From Phycisphaerae bacterium (GTDB lineage: Bacteria > Planctomycetota > Phycisphaerae > UBA1845 > DATKUK01): a stretch of 64,000 bases of DNA. Under the pieces are notes generated by a model, which saw only the letters and a list, made by a program, of their open reading frames with translations, was not told where the DNA came from and did not search any database. Of this stretch, positions 44,211-53,272 are shown one piece after another (position 1 is the first letter of the stretch; every line of letters begins with the position of its first letter). The position numbers and the translations under genes are program-made. The stretch spans positions 4,652-68,651 of the forward strand of contig DATKUK010000098.1 in assembly GCA_035530655.1 (NCBI GenBank), read 5' to 3'.

Positions 44211-44495
44211 ATCCTAGCCGATGACCCCGCTTTGGGAAGTAGCTGTTGGGCAGGCAGGCGCAGATCAGATCCAACGCGACTTGGCGAGGGGAAAGGGTTG
44301 ATGGGATGGCGTTCGGCGTAGGACATCAAACAGAGTTACTTCCCTCTCCTGCCCAGTGTATTCGAAACCCGTGAAGGCCGACGGTTAAGCTTGGTCGAAT
44401 GGTGACACTCCGTCGCCAAGTGCGCGCACAGGAAAAGATGTATGTCTCGCGTTGGGAAAAAAGTTCATTTGGCGCGTTTTTTTGTGGTTTTTTGC

Positions 44496-44523
44496 TTGAC
44501 AGGATGATTCGCAGCGATAGATT
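44496..44523 (+). promoter_or_regulatory. Near-consensus sigma70 promoter with T-rich upstream tract
   Basis: TTGACA (44496-44501), a 16-nt spacer, TAGATT (44518-44523). It is preceded by GCGTTTTTTTGTGGTTTTTTGC (UP-element-like). It sits in a local low-G+C patch. Confidence 0.6.
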
Positions 44524-44572
44524 GCACGGTTCAGATTGGCTTAAGGCACCATTCTCTAAAGAAAGGAGGCGA

Positions 44573-44638
44573 ATGATGAGGATGCTAGACATTCGCGCCA
44601 ATGGGGCCGCCTCCGGTTCGGTCGCCATTACGGCGTAA
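44573..44638 (+). CDS. 21-codon small ORF (leader peptide or small peptide candidate)
   Basis: AAAGGAGG lies 4-7 nt before ATG ATG (44573/44576). Sequence: MMRMLDIRANGAASGSVAITA*. It begins about 45 nt downstream of the predicted transcription start. Confidence 0.45.
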   Translation: MMRMLDIRANGAASGSVAITA

Positions 44639-44680
44639 CCTCGGTCACTTCCGCAAGACAAACTGGTAGACGGCGGGAGC

Positions 44681-44725
44681 GTCCGCGCAGATCGAACTAG
44701 CGCGGTCCGACATTTTGTGTATTTG
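44681..44725 (+). terminator. Terminator/attenuator-like hairpin plus U-rich tract after the small ORF
   Basis: TCCGCGC (44682-44688) - loop - GCGCGG (44700-44705), followed by TCCGACATTTTGTGTATTTG. The stem is short, so this is tentative. Confidence 0.3.
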
Positions 44726-44844
44726 AGGGCCTTCAGTCAGGGGCCTGGTGGGGTTGGCGCGCCGCGTGTGCCCGCAGAGCGGGTGTCGTGACGGCGAGGC
44801 AGACCTCGGTGTGATCGGTGTGCGCCGATCGATGGTGAGTAGAG

Positions 44845-45381
44845 ATGTGGATCATGAATGCAAGACGAATGGGAATAGGAACGATGTCACAGCAGCAGGT
44901 GATGGCGTATCAAATGGAGCCGTTGGTCGAATCCGATCGCAGGATCGTGCGGGCGGTGGCTCGGTTGCAGTACTTGGCGTGGGGCGTGGCGCCGAGCGAG
45001 GAGACGGTCGAGCAGCGGGCCGCTCGACTGAGCGACGAACTCGCTCAGTATGTGCCGGCCAGCATGGGTGTGTTCGTAGCCAGTTGGCGTATGTGCGTCA
45101 CGGGCGTGGGCAGGATATGTCGACACGCCGAGGTTGGGTCGCAGTGGTGGCTGACGCTCCTGGTGCATCCGAACCATCGTCGTCGAGGCATCGCCACGGG
45201 ATTGTTCGGTGCGTGTCGCAGCCATGCGGCCGAGCACGGCGCGAGCGTGATCCGGTCCGAGTTTCGAGCCGACAACGTTGCCGCGGTGGCCCTGCACGAG
45301 CGGCTGGGCTTTCTTTGTGACGGTCGGCTGCGCTGTCCGTCGGACGGCAGCGAGACGGCCGTGTTCAGCCTGGCGTTGTAG
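44845..45381 (+). CDS. GNAT-family N-acetyltransferase
   Basis: LLVHPNHRRRGIATGLF (acetyl-CoA motif A) and NVAAVALHERLGF. The start is uncertain (several in-frame ATGs between 44845 and 44914). Confidence 0.75.
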   Translation: MWIMNARRMGIGTMSQQQVMAYQMEPLVESDRRIVRAVARLQYLAWGVAPSEETVEQRAARLSDELAQYVPASMGVFVASWRMCVTGVGRICRHAEVGSQWWLTLLVHPNHRRRGIATGLFGACRSHAAEHGASVIRSEFRADNVAAVALHERLGFLCDGRLRCPSDGSETAVFSLAL

Positions 45382-45392
45382 GATGCGGACGC

Positions 45393-46511
45393 ATGACACA
45401 TACGGACGAGGTTGCCGAGGCCCGCGCCCGCGATGCCGCAATCCACTATGGACACAAAACCCCGGCGAAACGGAAGAAGCCAGTGAGATACGGGCTTATT
45501 ACATCCCGCTGCAAGGCAGTGGCCGATCGCATCGCTTTTCCCGCACAGTCGTCGGTCCTCGACGAGGCAGCGCTGTTCCTGCGGGTGGTGAAGGCATACG
45601 ACCTTGATAGGCCGAGCGATTGTCGCTTCCTGAGTCGCGGCGATTCAGACGTATACCGAGTGTGTGCCTCCGGCAAGCGGTACTACCTGAAGGTATACAG
45701 ACCTCCCCATGGCCTTCCGCGGGCGGAGGCCGAGGCTCGGTTCGTGCGGGATCTGCACGCGGCCGGCGCGCCGGTCGTGCCCCCCGTTCCGCGGCGAGAC
45801 GGGCGGTATGCCTGTGAGGCCGTCGCGGCCGAAGGCCGGCGCCCGATCCTCCTTTTCGAGGAGGCGCCCGTGGCGGCTTTCTCGGCCGCCAACGTGGCCG
45901 ACTGCTGCGCGCTGGGGCGGGCCGTGGCCACATTGCATGACACGGCTGACTCGCTTGACCAGAAGTACGATTTGCCGGTGTTCGATGGGGTCTGGGTTCT
46001 CAACCGCATGTTCCCGTACGCCCGGTCATACCTGTCGCCGAGGGACTATGCGTACACCCGTCAACTTCTGGAACGAGTGACGGGACTTCTGCACGGGCTG
46101 CCTACGTCCTTGCCGCACTTCGGTGTGTGTCACCGCGACTTGGCGCTGTCGAATATCCGGCAGACGGAGGATGGCCGAATCACGTTCTTCGACTTTGGCG
46201 ACGCCTCCTACACCTGGCGGGCCTACGAGCTTGCTGCGCTGCGCGAACGGCTCCCCGGCGATGGTGCGCCCTGTAGCGCGTCCGGCCGCCGCGACGCGTT
46301 GCTTGAAGGGTACTCCGCCATTCGAGCCGTGCCGGCGGGCATTCCGGAGTGCATCCCGGCGCTGGTGTTGCTTGGCCGTCTGCTGTGGTTCTGCGCGGCG
46401 ATGGCGAAATGCCCCCTTCGCATGGGCACAGACGGGTTCAGTGAGCAGTTCATCTGCAAAGAACTCTCCGTCGCCCGGGATCTGGAGGCGCAACTTCCGG
46501 CGGGCGCATGA
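45393..46511 (+). CDS. Phosphotransferase family protein (APH/choline-kinase fold)
   Basis: 372 aa. VCHRDLALSNIRQ (catalytic loop) and ITFFDFGDASYTW (DFG-like). Confidence 0.75.
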   Translation: MTHTDEVAEARARDAAIHYGHKTPAKRKKPVRYGLITSRCKAVADRIAFPAQSSVLDEAALFLRVVKAYDLDRPSDCRFLSRGDSDVYRVCASGKRYYLKVYRPPHGLPRAEAEARFVRDLHAAGAPVVPPVPRRDGRYACEAVAAEGRRPILLFEEAPVAAFSAANVADCCALGRAVATLHDTADSLDQKYDLPVFDGVWVLNRMFPYARSYLSPRDYAYTRQLLERVTGLLHGLPTSLPHFGVCHRDLALSNIRQTEDGRITFFDFGDASYTWRAYELAALRERLPGDGAPCSASGRRDALLEGYSAIRAVPAGIPECIPALVLLGRLLWFCAAMAKCPLRMGTDGFSEQFICKELSVARDLEAQLPAGA

Positions 46512-46620
46512 ATTGCGCCAACAGACGAATCGAGGCGACGTGTGACAGCGTGCCTCATCGAAGTCGTTATGTGATATCATCGGCGCCTGACCTCGTTCCA
46601 GTCTGCTTTAGGAAAACCGA

Positions 46621-47433
46621 ATGACTGTGCGAATCGAATATCGTCCTGCACATCTCACATTTGAGGAGTTCCGCCGCGTCGACGGGGAGTGCTTTCCCGC
46701 AGAGTCCATCGCGTCTGAAGGCTTTTCTACCTTCATGGCAGACAACTTCTGGGCAGCATACGACGGTGACTCGTTGGTGGCGTTTAGCCACGTCGTCCGC
46801 AAACCGGACGTCGCGTGGATATCGAGGATCGCCACCTCTACTGCCTACCGAAATCAGGGCGTCGCGACAGAGCTGATGCGCACCATGGTTCATCACTGCC
46901 TTCGAATCGGCCTGTCGGACATGATGCTCTATGTACAGAGCGACAATACCGCCGCCATACGTCTATACGAATGCTTTGGATTCCGGACGGTCGAATCAGC
47001 CTATCAGTTCATCCTCTCAGGGCCTCGGCTGCTGAGACCGCCTCCTGATGCCGTCGCCGCACCTATCACCGCAGTTCCGATCACGGACCTCAGTGGGTCC
47101 TCCCTGCCACACTGGCCACGTGAGTGGTCCAATATCGCCGATACGCACAGACCGCCTGAGCAGTATGTTCTGGTCTTTCACGATGAGTCTGGCACGCATC
47201 GCGGATACTGTAGGCTGGTCCCGCGCTTCCCCGGCTGCTTCCCATTTGTCGTCGACAGACCCTCGACATACCTTACTGGGGTGCTGCACGCTCTCCATGA
47301 TTTCCTGTTGCCCGAAAGGGATATCTTGAAGCTAACGTTTTCCGATGATGCACTCGCTGATGCATGTGTTGAGCTTGGGTTGAAGCTCAACTATCAGCTT
47401 TTTAAGATGCTTCGACTAGCCGGCAAGCCATGA
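46621..47433 (+). CDS. GNAT-family N-acetyltransferase with extra C-terminal domain
   Basis: ISRIATSTAYRNQGVATELMRTMV and AAIRLYECFGF. The C-terminal ~110 aa are unassigned. Lower G+C. Confidence 0.7.
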   Translation: MTVRIEYRPAHLTFEEFRRVDGECFPAESIASEGFSTFMADNFWAAYDGDSLVAFSHVVRKPDVAWISRIATSTAYRNQGVATELMRTMVHHCLRIGLSDMMLYVQSDNTAAIRLYECFGFRTVESAYQFILSGPRLLRPPPDAVAAPITAVPITDLSGSSLPHWPREWSNIADTHRPPEQYVLVFHDESGTHRGYCRLVPRFPGCFPFVVDRPSTYLTGVLHALHDFLLPERDILKLTFSDDALADACVELGLKLNYQLFKMLRLAGKP

Positions 47434-47662
47434 TGTGTGAGACCGGGATGGCGCCCGACGTGACGGCGGAAGGATTGCATCGCCACCGAGGTGAGAAGCA
47501 GTCGAGGTGCTCGCGCGCCGGATCTGTGTCCAGACCGTTCGATGCATTGTAGTTGTCGCCTGGAAGTGTTAGGATTGCGGTCGCGCGGCGAACTGGCGGG
47601 GAAGTCTGGGGCGCCGCCGGTGCAAGGGGCGGTTGCATGTGTAACCTTGAGAGGATACTGGA

Positions 47663-48052
47663 ATGGAACCAGCGGAATTGCCCAAGACCGTCGCCTACTG
47701 CGGGCTGGTGTGCGGTTTGTGTCCGCCGCCGCGCACGTGCGAGTGCCGAACAAGCCCCAAGCCCGAGGAAGCTAACTGCTACCAGCGGAACTGTTGCATC
47801 GGCAAGGACCTGGACGGCTGCTGGGAGTGCGACGAGTTTCCGTGCGATAGGGGGTACTACAGCAAGGACAACATGTGGCGCGGCTTGAACGTGGCTTCGG
47901 TTCAGTGCGTCCGAGACGGCGGCAAGGAGGATCTGGTCAAGCTGATCCTGGCGCGCCATGGCGGGCAGCACTATCACGGGTTCTACATGCGAAAGACACC
48001 CGACCAGGTGCTGCGCATGCTGCGGGATGCACCGGAAGAACCGGGTTCGTAG
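47663..48052 (+). CDS. Cys-rich DUF3795-like protein
   Basis: 129 aa. YCGLVCGLCP...CYQRNCC...CWECDEFPC pattern as in DUF3795. The antisense ORF 47402..48280 was rejected. Confidence 0.6.
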   Translation: MEPAELPKTVAYCGLVCGLCPPPRTCECRTSPKPEEANCYQRNCCIGKDLDGCWECDEFPCDRGYYSKDNMWRGLNVASVQCVRDGGKEDLVKLILARHGGQHYHGFYMRKTPDQVLRMLRDAPEEPGS

Positions 48053-48273
48053 ACGGACTCGCAGGGGATGAAGGCGCTGCTCCGCGCGTCGCAGGCACGA
48101 GACGACTTGGGACAGCGCCTCAGAACCGGGGTTCCTGGCTGCGATAGATCGAAATGCGCCGGCCAGTGCCGCTGGTGGTCGCACCGGGCGAGCCCTGAAA
48201 GGACGACGGCGACCACAGCGAAATCGCCAAGCCCACCACGCCTGCACAGGGGCACCATCGGCAGGAGACGAAT

Positions 48274-50418
48274 ATGGCAAGGATAGTGTGTCGTGTGATG
48301 ACCGGCGTTGCTCCTGTCCTGATATGGTCGGCCACGCTGGCGACGGACGGTCCTGAACCGACGACAGCCCCTGGATCGGAGACGCTCACGCTGGTGGCAG
48401 CCGGCGCGGCGGTGACGGTCGACCCGGCTGGCGGCAAGGTCACATCCATCCGAGTGCGCGACGCGGAGGAAATGGCGACGGAACACCCTGCTGGCAGCGA
48501 GAAGCCCTTCGGCTACCTCGAAGTGATCGACCTGCGCGACCACCGCCGATACAATCCGGTGCTGGGGAAACCGCTCATCGTGAAGTTGAGCGTGTCTGGC
48601 GAGGCTGACGAGGGGGCAGCCTGCTTCGAGCAGCAATACGACGGGGCGCCGTTTGCGGTCCGCCAGACCCTCCGCGAGACGCCAGCGGGCGTGCGGTGGG
48701 AGGCGACGCTGCGACTCCTGGAGGGTCAGGACCAGAACCGTTCCGTTCGGATCAACTGGGTGCTGCCCCTGCCTTACGGTTGGCACTTTTGGGGACCCAA
48801 CTCCGTTGCGTCCAGCCAGACCAATGGCGTCACGCCCTACCGCTTCGTCTACGGCCACACCGACCCAGGTACCTGGGCCACGGTCATCCCGCTGGTAGGT
48901 GTGTGGGGCGAGAAGGCGGGCGCGGCGGTTTTCTCGCCTCCCGACGTACGCAAGTGCCAGATCAGCTTCGACGTGTTCACCCAGGACTGCCTCGACGCAG
49001 GCAGGGGCGTCGTCCGCCAGACCCAGGACTTGCAGAGCCTGCGCGTCGCGCACCACATGGTCGGTCTGCGTCCGGGCAAGGAATTGCGCCTGGCGATCTG
49101 CATCGCGGGCACGCGGGCGGACTGGCGCAGCGTCCTGGGCCACTACGTGAACGCTTACCCGGAGCTGTTCGAGCCCGCCCCGGCAGCGCGGAAGTACGAG
49201 GGGCTCTATGGCATAACCTCGCCGGCAGCTTGGGTCCACGACGGCGACCACCGTCGTACGAGCAGATTCCTCTCGGCCGTGCGGGCGACCTGCGTGGAGG
49301 TCCACGCCCACTTCCTCGAGTACGGCTATTACATTGACGACGACGTCGTCGCTAACCCGGACAAGGAGTACCGGTGTCGACCGCACGATTGGAAGCCCCT
49401 CACGTATGCCGGCAACCGCAGGATCTTCGGCGAGATGCTGGCTTGCGGCGCCGCACCGTTTTTGTACTTCCATAACGTCCACGCCCGACCGGAGACGGTG
49501 GCCAAGCACTTCCCCGGATTGGTGGCGTTCGATGAACGTGGCGAACCGCAGAACGTCTACCGGGGCGAATGGGCCGTCGCCGCTCAGGTGGATAACGCCT
49601 TCGGTCGCCACCTCATCGACCAACTCCACCGACTGATAAGCGCCTACCCGGAGGTGCCCGGTTTCTTCGTGGACAACTATTCCGGGCAGCGGATCGACTT
49701 CGCTCACGATGACGGCGTGACGATGGTGCACAATCGGCCGGCGTATGACTTCAACCGCAACCTGCAGGATGTCGGCACAGAGTGTCTGCGAATCGGGCGC
49801 GAGGCGGGCAAAGTGATGATGGTGAACAAGCTCGCCACGATAGAGAGTGCGAAGGGCGCGGACATGGTGCTTGTCGAAGCACTGGACCCGCAAACATTCG
49901 TGGTGCACGCCTTCGCCTGTGTGAACCGCGCGTTCTTTCCGTTCGGGCCGGACCGGTCCCAGGGCGAAGAGGTGGAGGAGCATCTGCTTCAACTCTTACT
50001 GATTTGGGGCGGCACGCCGGCCGTCCGACCGCGCGAGCACCTGGCCCTGCTTAGCGCCTATCGCTCGCTGACCGACGCGCTCATCGGGAAGCGCTGGGTG
50101 TTCGACGAAGACCCCCTCACGTTGCCGGCCGGCTATGAGGGTCAGATCTTCCGCATCGATCCGCACGCGCCGCACGCGGGCGACGTCGTGGTGACGGTGG
50201 TCGACCCGAATCGCTCGTGGAAGGACGGCAAGTTCAGCGAAGGCGCAATCGTGACCGTCCGCTTGCCCGAGGCTGCCGAATTGAGCAAGGCGACCTGGCT
50301 GTCCGTTGAGCGATGGGACCAGCAGCCCACGACCTGCCAAATCGAGCGAACGGGCCGATCCCTGAAGATTCATCTGCCGCCGGTCGGCGCCGTCGGCATC
50401 CTGCGCCTCAGTCGATGA
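48274..50418 (+). CDS. Large secreted hypothetical protein (possibly glycan-active; family not recognised)
   Basis: 714 aa with a signal-like N-terminus and protein-like composition. The antisense 669-aa ORF 47983..49992 is R/H/V-rich shadow. Confidence 0.6.
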   Translation: MARIVCRVMTGVAPVLIWSATLATDGPEPTTAPGSETLTLVAAGAAVTVDPAGGKVTSIRVRDAEEMATEHPAGSEKPFGYLEVIDLRDHRRYNPVLGKPLIVKLSVSGEADEGAACFEQQYDGAPFAVRQTLRETPAGVRWEATLRLLEGQDQNRSVRINWVLPLPYGWHFWGPNSVASSQTNGVTPYRFVYGHTDPGTWATVIPLVGVWGEKAGAAVFSPPDVRKCQISFDVFTQDCLDAGRGVVRQTQDLQSLRVAHHMVGLRPGKELRLAICIAGTRADWRSVLGHYVNAYPELFEPAPAARKYEGLYGITSPAAWVHDGDHRRTSRFLSAVRATCVEVHAHFLEYGYYIDDDVVANPDKEYRCRPHDWKPLTYAGNRRIFGEMLACGAAPFLYFHNVHARPETVAKHFPGLVAFDERGEPQNVYRGEWAVAAQVDNAFGRHLIDQLHRLISAYPEVPGFFVDNYSGQRIDFAHDDGVTMVHNRPAYDFNRNLQDVGTECLRIGREAGKVMMVNKLATIESAKGADMVLVEALDPQTFVVHAFACVNRAFFPFGPDRSQGEEVEEHLLQLLLIWGGTPAVRPREHLALLSAYRSLTDALIGKRWVFDEDPLTLPAGYEGQIFRIDPHAPHAGDVVVTVVDPNRSWKDGKFSEGAIVTVRLPEAAELSKATWLSVERWDQQPTTCQIERTGRSLKIHLPPVGAVGILRLSR

Positions 50419-50866
50419 CGGGCAGACCCGGCGAATCCGATGGGTGGTCCTTGTTGAAGCCACCATACCGGTAACGGGCGTCCCTGCAGGGCGGGGACGT
50501 CGGTGAAGCCGTTAACGCTTCGCATGTCTGCATGGTCGCCCCCGGTCAGCCGACATTCCCCAGATATAGGCGGTTCTTGAAGATACAGAACCACCCCATG
50601 GTGCGCCTCCAGTATGCCGGACCTTCGGCAGCTATCTTACTCGAAATAGAGGACTTGCCCAGTCGCCGCTCGTGGACCACGTGCTTGGAGCACAGCAGGA
50701 TGGCCGACGGGAGGAATCAGCAGCCTGGACCTTTCGGTCAGGAACTCCCGCCGCACAATCTTGGCACATAAGGGCTTGGCCAAGGCAACTACAGCTTACG
50801 TGACCGTGGTTGCACAGCGCGCCGGGACTCGAGCGAGGACCAAGGGTGTGCGTCGCTGTGCCGCGA

Positions 50867-51553
50867 TCACCCATCGTAGCGATAGCCCACGCTATGCACC
50901 GTCAGGATGATCGCCGGGTGCTTAGGGTCCTGTTCGATTCGCTTGCGAAGCTGAGAGATGTGTTGATCGAGCGTGCGGCTGTTGGGGATGTGGTCGAGCC
51001 CCCAGGCTTCCTGGAAAAGCGTGCGCCGGTCGACGACTCGCCCCTTGTTATCGTGCAGTGTTCGCAGGATTGTGATGTCCCGCAGGCTCAGTTCGATAAT
51101 GTGGTCGCCGCGCCGGGCCCGCAGTTCGTCCGGGAGCACCTCCAGGTCGCCCATTTGCAGAGGCTGGGCTGTCGGTGACCGGCTGGCCGACGACAGGTAG
51201 CGGCGCGTGACGGCGCGGATTCGGGCGACCACCTCGCGTATGCCGAACGGTTTAACGATGTAGTCGTCGGCGCCGAGTTCGAGGCCAACCACCTTGTCGA
51301 TCTCCTCCGACTTGGCGCTGATGAAGATCACGGGGACGGCTGCCTTCAGCTTGCGGATCTCGCGGCAGACGTCATAGCCGCTCAGGCCGGGCATCATAAT
51401 GTCGAGGCACACGAAATCCGGATCTTCACTCTTGAAAAGCTCCAACGCATCGTGACCGTTCCTGGCGGTGACGGTCTGGTAGCCTTCGAGCTGGAGGATT
51501 TCTTCGAGCCCGTTGAGAATGTTCGGGTCGTCCTCGGCGATGAGTATCTTCAT
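50867..51553 (-). CDS. OmpR-family response regulator
   Basis: MKILIAEDDP...DFVCLDIMMPGLSGYDV...FISAKSE. C-terminal winged-helix ...ILTVHSVGYRY. Confidence 0.9.
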   Translation of the reverse strand: MKILIAEDDPNILNGLEEILQLEGYQTVTARNGHDALELFKSEDPDFVCLDIMMPGLSGYDVCREIRKLKAAVPVIFISAKSEEIDKVVGLELGADDYIVKPFGIREVVARIRAVTRRYLSSASRSPTAQPLQMGDLEVLPDELRARRGDHIIELSLRDITILRTLHDNKGRVVDRRTLFQEAWGLDHIPNSRTLDQHISQLRKRIEQDPKHPAIILTVHSVGYRYDG

Positions 51554-53220
51554 GGTGCTTCTCCCTCCGGCGCCGGCGGGGTGGCAATGCGAAGCTCGAA
51601 CACGGCGCCCTCGTTCGTCGGCAGGACCACAAGGTCGCCACCGTGCAGCCGCGCCAGGTCTCGCGCGATCGACAGGCCGATGCCCGTGCCCGCCACGCCG
51701 TCGGTGAGTTTGTTGCTGATGCGGTGAAACGGCAGAAAGATCCGTTCCCGCTGGACGTGCGGGATGCCCGGGCCTCGGTCGGCGACGGTAACCACGGTCC
51801 GCCCGTCTCGCTGTCGGGTGGTGATGTTCAGCACGCCACCGGACGCGGCATACTTCTCGACATTGTTGAACAGATTGCCCAGGATCTGTTCGAGGGCGTC
51901 GCGGTCGAGCTGAACCTGTTGGCCCGCCTGGGCGTCCAGCGTCACGTCGATACCGTGGGCCTTGAGCGAGGGCCGGAAATGCTCGAGCACCGCTTCGACG
52001 ACTTCGTCCACCACGTCGCGGCGCGGGTGCAGGGCGAGTTCGTGCCTCTGTTTGCGACTGAAGCTGAGGATATTGCCGATCAGGCGACTGAGACGCTGGC
52101 TTTCGGAGACTATCACGTCGAGCCGTCTGCGGACCTTCTCGTCCTCGTCCGGCAGGCCGGCCTCCAACAGTTCGGCATACATGCGGATGTTGGTCAGAGG
52201 CGTCTTCAGTTCGTGCGAGACCTGGTTGACAAACGTGATCCGTTGTGCGGCTTCACGCATCTCTCGGGTGTTTTCGCGATAGAAGTACACAGCCAGCCCG
52301 GCCAGCACCAAGCCGACCGCGACCACAGCCCCTGCCAGGCTAAGATAGGTGCCGAACCCACCCAGTGCGGCCATCTGTTCAGGTGGGAGGTAATACTTCA
52401 GCGTCCAGGCGTTGAGCGGATATTGCAGCGGCTTGGCGACCACGGGCTGCTGGTCCGAACCCGATTCGTACGCGCCCCATTGATAGACCACCTCGTCGAG
52501 CGCGTTACACAAGGCAATGCGTCCCTGTAAGGGATACGTGGCAGTCGGATCGGTGTTCGGCAGCAGACCGATGACATCAGCAAGCAGTCGTACACTATCG
52601 AGTTCGGCACCGAGGATGTTGCCCAAAGCGTCCTGCCGCCAGAACAGAACCTGCATCCCTCGACCCCAGTACCATGTGTACCAGCCATGGGTCCTGACGG
52701 GCTGTGAGCCCGACTCGGCTGGCGAGGGCGTCTGCTGCACAGACTGCCTTGCCTGTCTCGGCTGCGGACGAGGCGGCGAGGGGACTTTCTGTGAGCTGCG
52801 CTCGATGGGTCTGTCCTGCGATTGGTGGATCAGGTTTTTGCCGATGAGGATGTCCTTGGTCCGCTGGAGGAAGTCCCATTCGGCCTGGCTGAGCTGGTCG
52901 GTGGGCGAGGGAAAGAGGACTCTCCCCGTGGCGTCGAGATGAAACATCTGCTCGACAAACGGCGCGCTGCGTGTGAGTTTGCGGAGCGACTCTGCATCCG
53001 GCGATTCGACATCGATCAGTCCCAGCAGGTTGCTCTCGCGCTGCTGCATGAACTGAGCGATCGTGCGATCGACATCGAACAGCTCTTGCAGCAGGAGTTC
53101 ACTGAATCTGTCGCGGACGGCCTCCTGCTCATAGCGGGCCACCCGAAGCCCCAGCCACATGACAAGCCCGAGCGGCAGCAGCACCATGAGCAGGAAGATG
53201 ACGATCAGTTTCGGCTTCAA
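51550..53220 (-). CDS. Sensor histidine kinase
   Basis: Two TM segments flank a ~250-aa sensor domain. H-box FVNQVSHELKTPLT. N/G boxes NLFNNVEKY, DRGPGI, GTGIGLSI. There is a 4-nt overlap with the regulator gene. Confidence 0.9.
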   Translation of the reverse strand: MKPKLIVIFLLMVLLPLGLVMWLGLRVARYEQEAVRDRFSELLLQELFDVDRTIAQFMQQRESNLLGLIDVESPDAESLRKLTRSAPFVEQMFHLDATGRVLFPSPTDQLSQAEWDFLQRTKDILIGKNLIHQSQDRPIERSSQKVPSPPRPQPRQARQSVQQTPSPAESGSQPVRTHGWYTWYWGRGMQVLFWRQDALGNILGAELDSVRLLADVIGLLPNTDPTATYPLQGRIALCNALDEVVYQWGAYESGSDQQPVVAKPLQYPLNAWTLKYYLPPEQMAALGGFGTYLSLAGAVVAVGLVLAGLAVYFYRENTREMREAAQRITFVNQVSHELKTPLTNIRMYAELLEAGLPDEDEKVRRRLDVIVSESQRLSRLIGNILSFSRKQRHELALHPRRDVVDEVVEAVLEHFRPSLKAHGIDVTLDAQAGQQVQLDRDALEQILGNLFNNVEKYAASGGVLNITTRQRDGRTVVTVADRGPGIPHVQRERIFLPFHRISNKLTDGVAGTGIGLSIARDLARLHGGDLVVLPTNEGAVFELRIATPPAPEGEAP

Positions 53221-53272
53221 GCTAACCGATCCTCAACTCAACCAGCACCTCGAGCCGGCCCCGCCGTCGCCG

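Noticed and set aside
44399-44572. Upstream extension of the small ORF to a 79-aa ORF (44399..44638)
   Set aside because: The extension would begin upstream of, and read through, the near-consensus promoter and the AAAGGAGG RBS. The short 21-codon version starting at 44573/44576 fits the signals much better.
47983-49992. 669-aa minus-strand ORF; similar long shadows at 8725..10416(+), 21925..23415(+), 60558..61799(+), 14648..15790(-), 13261..14322(-), 54897..55811(-) and 55655..56707(-)
   Set aside because: Each is antisense to an ORF with strong family motifs or better composition. The translations are dominated by R, H, G, P and V runs, as expected from reverse-frame reading of G/C-rich codons.
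50419-50866. Several 60-80-aa ORFs on both strands in the convergent gap after the 714-aa gene
   Set aside because: None has a credible RBS, a motif or coding-like composition. It could be a decayed gene remnant, but I cannot support a call.
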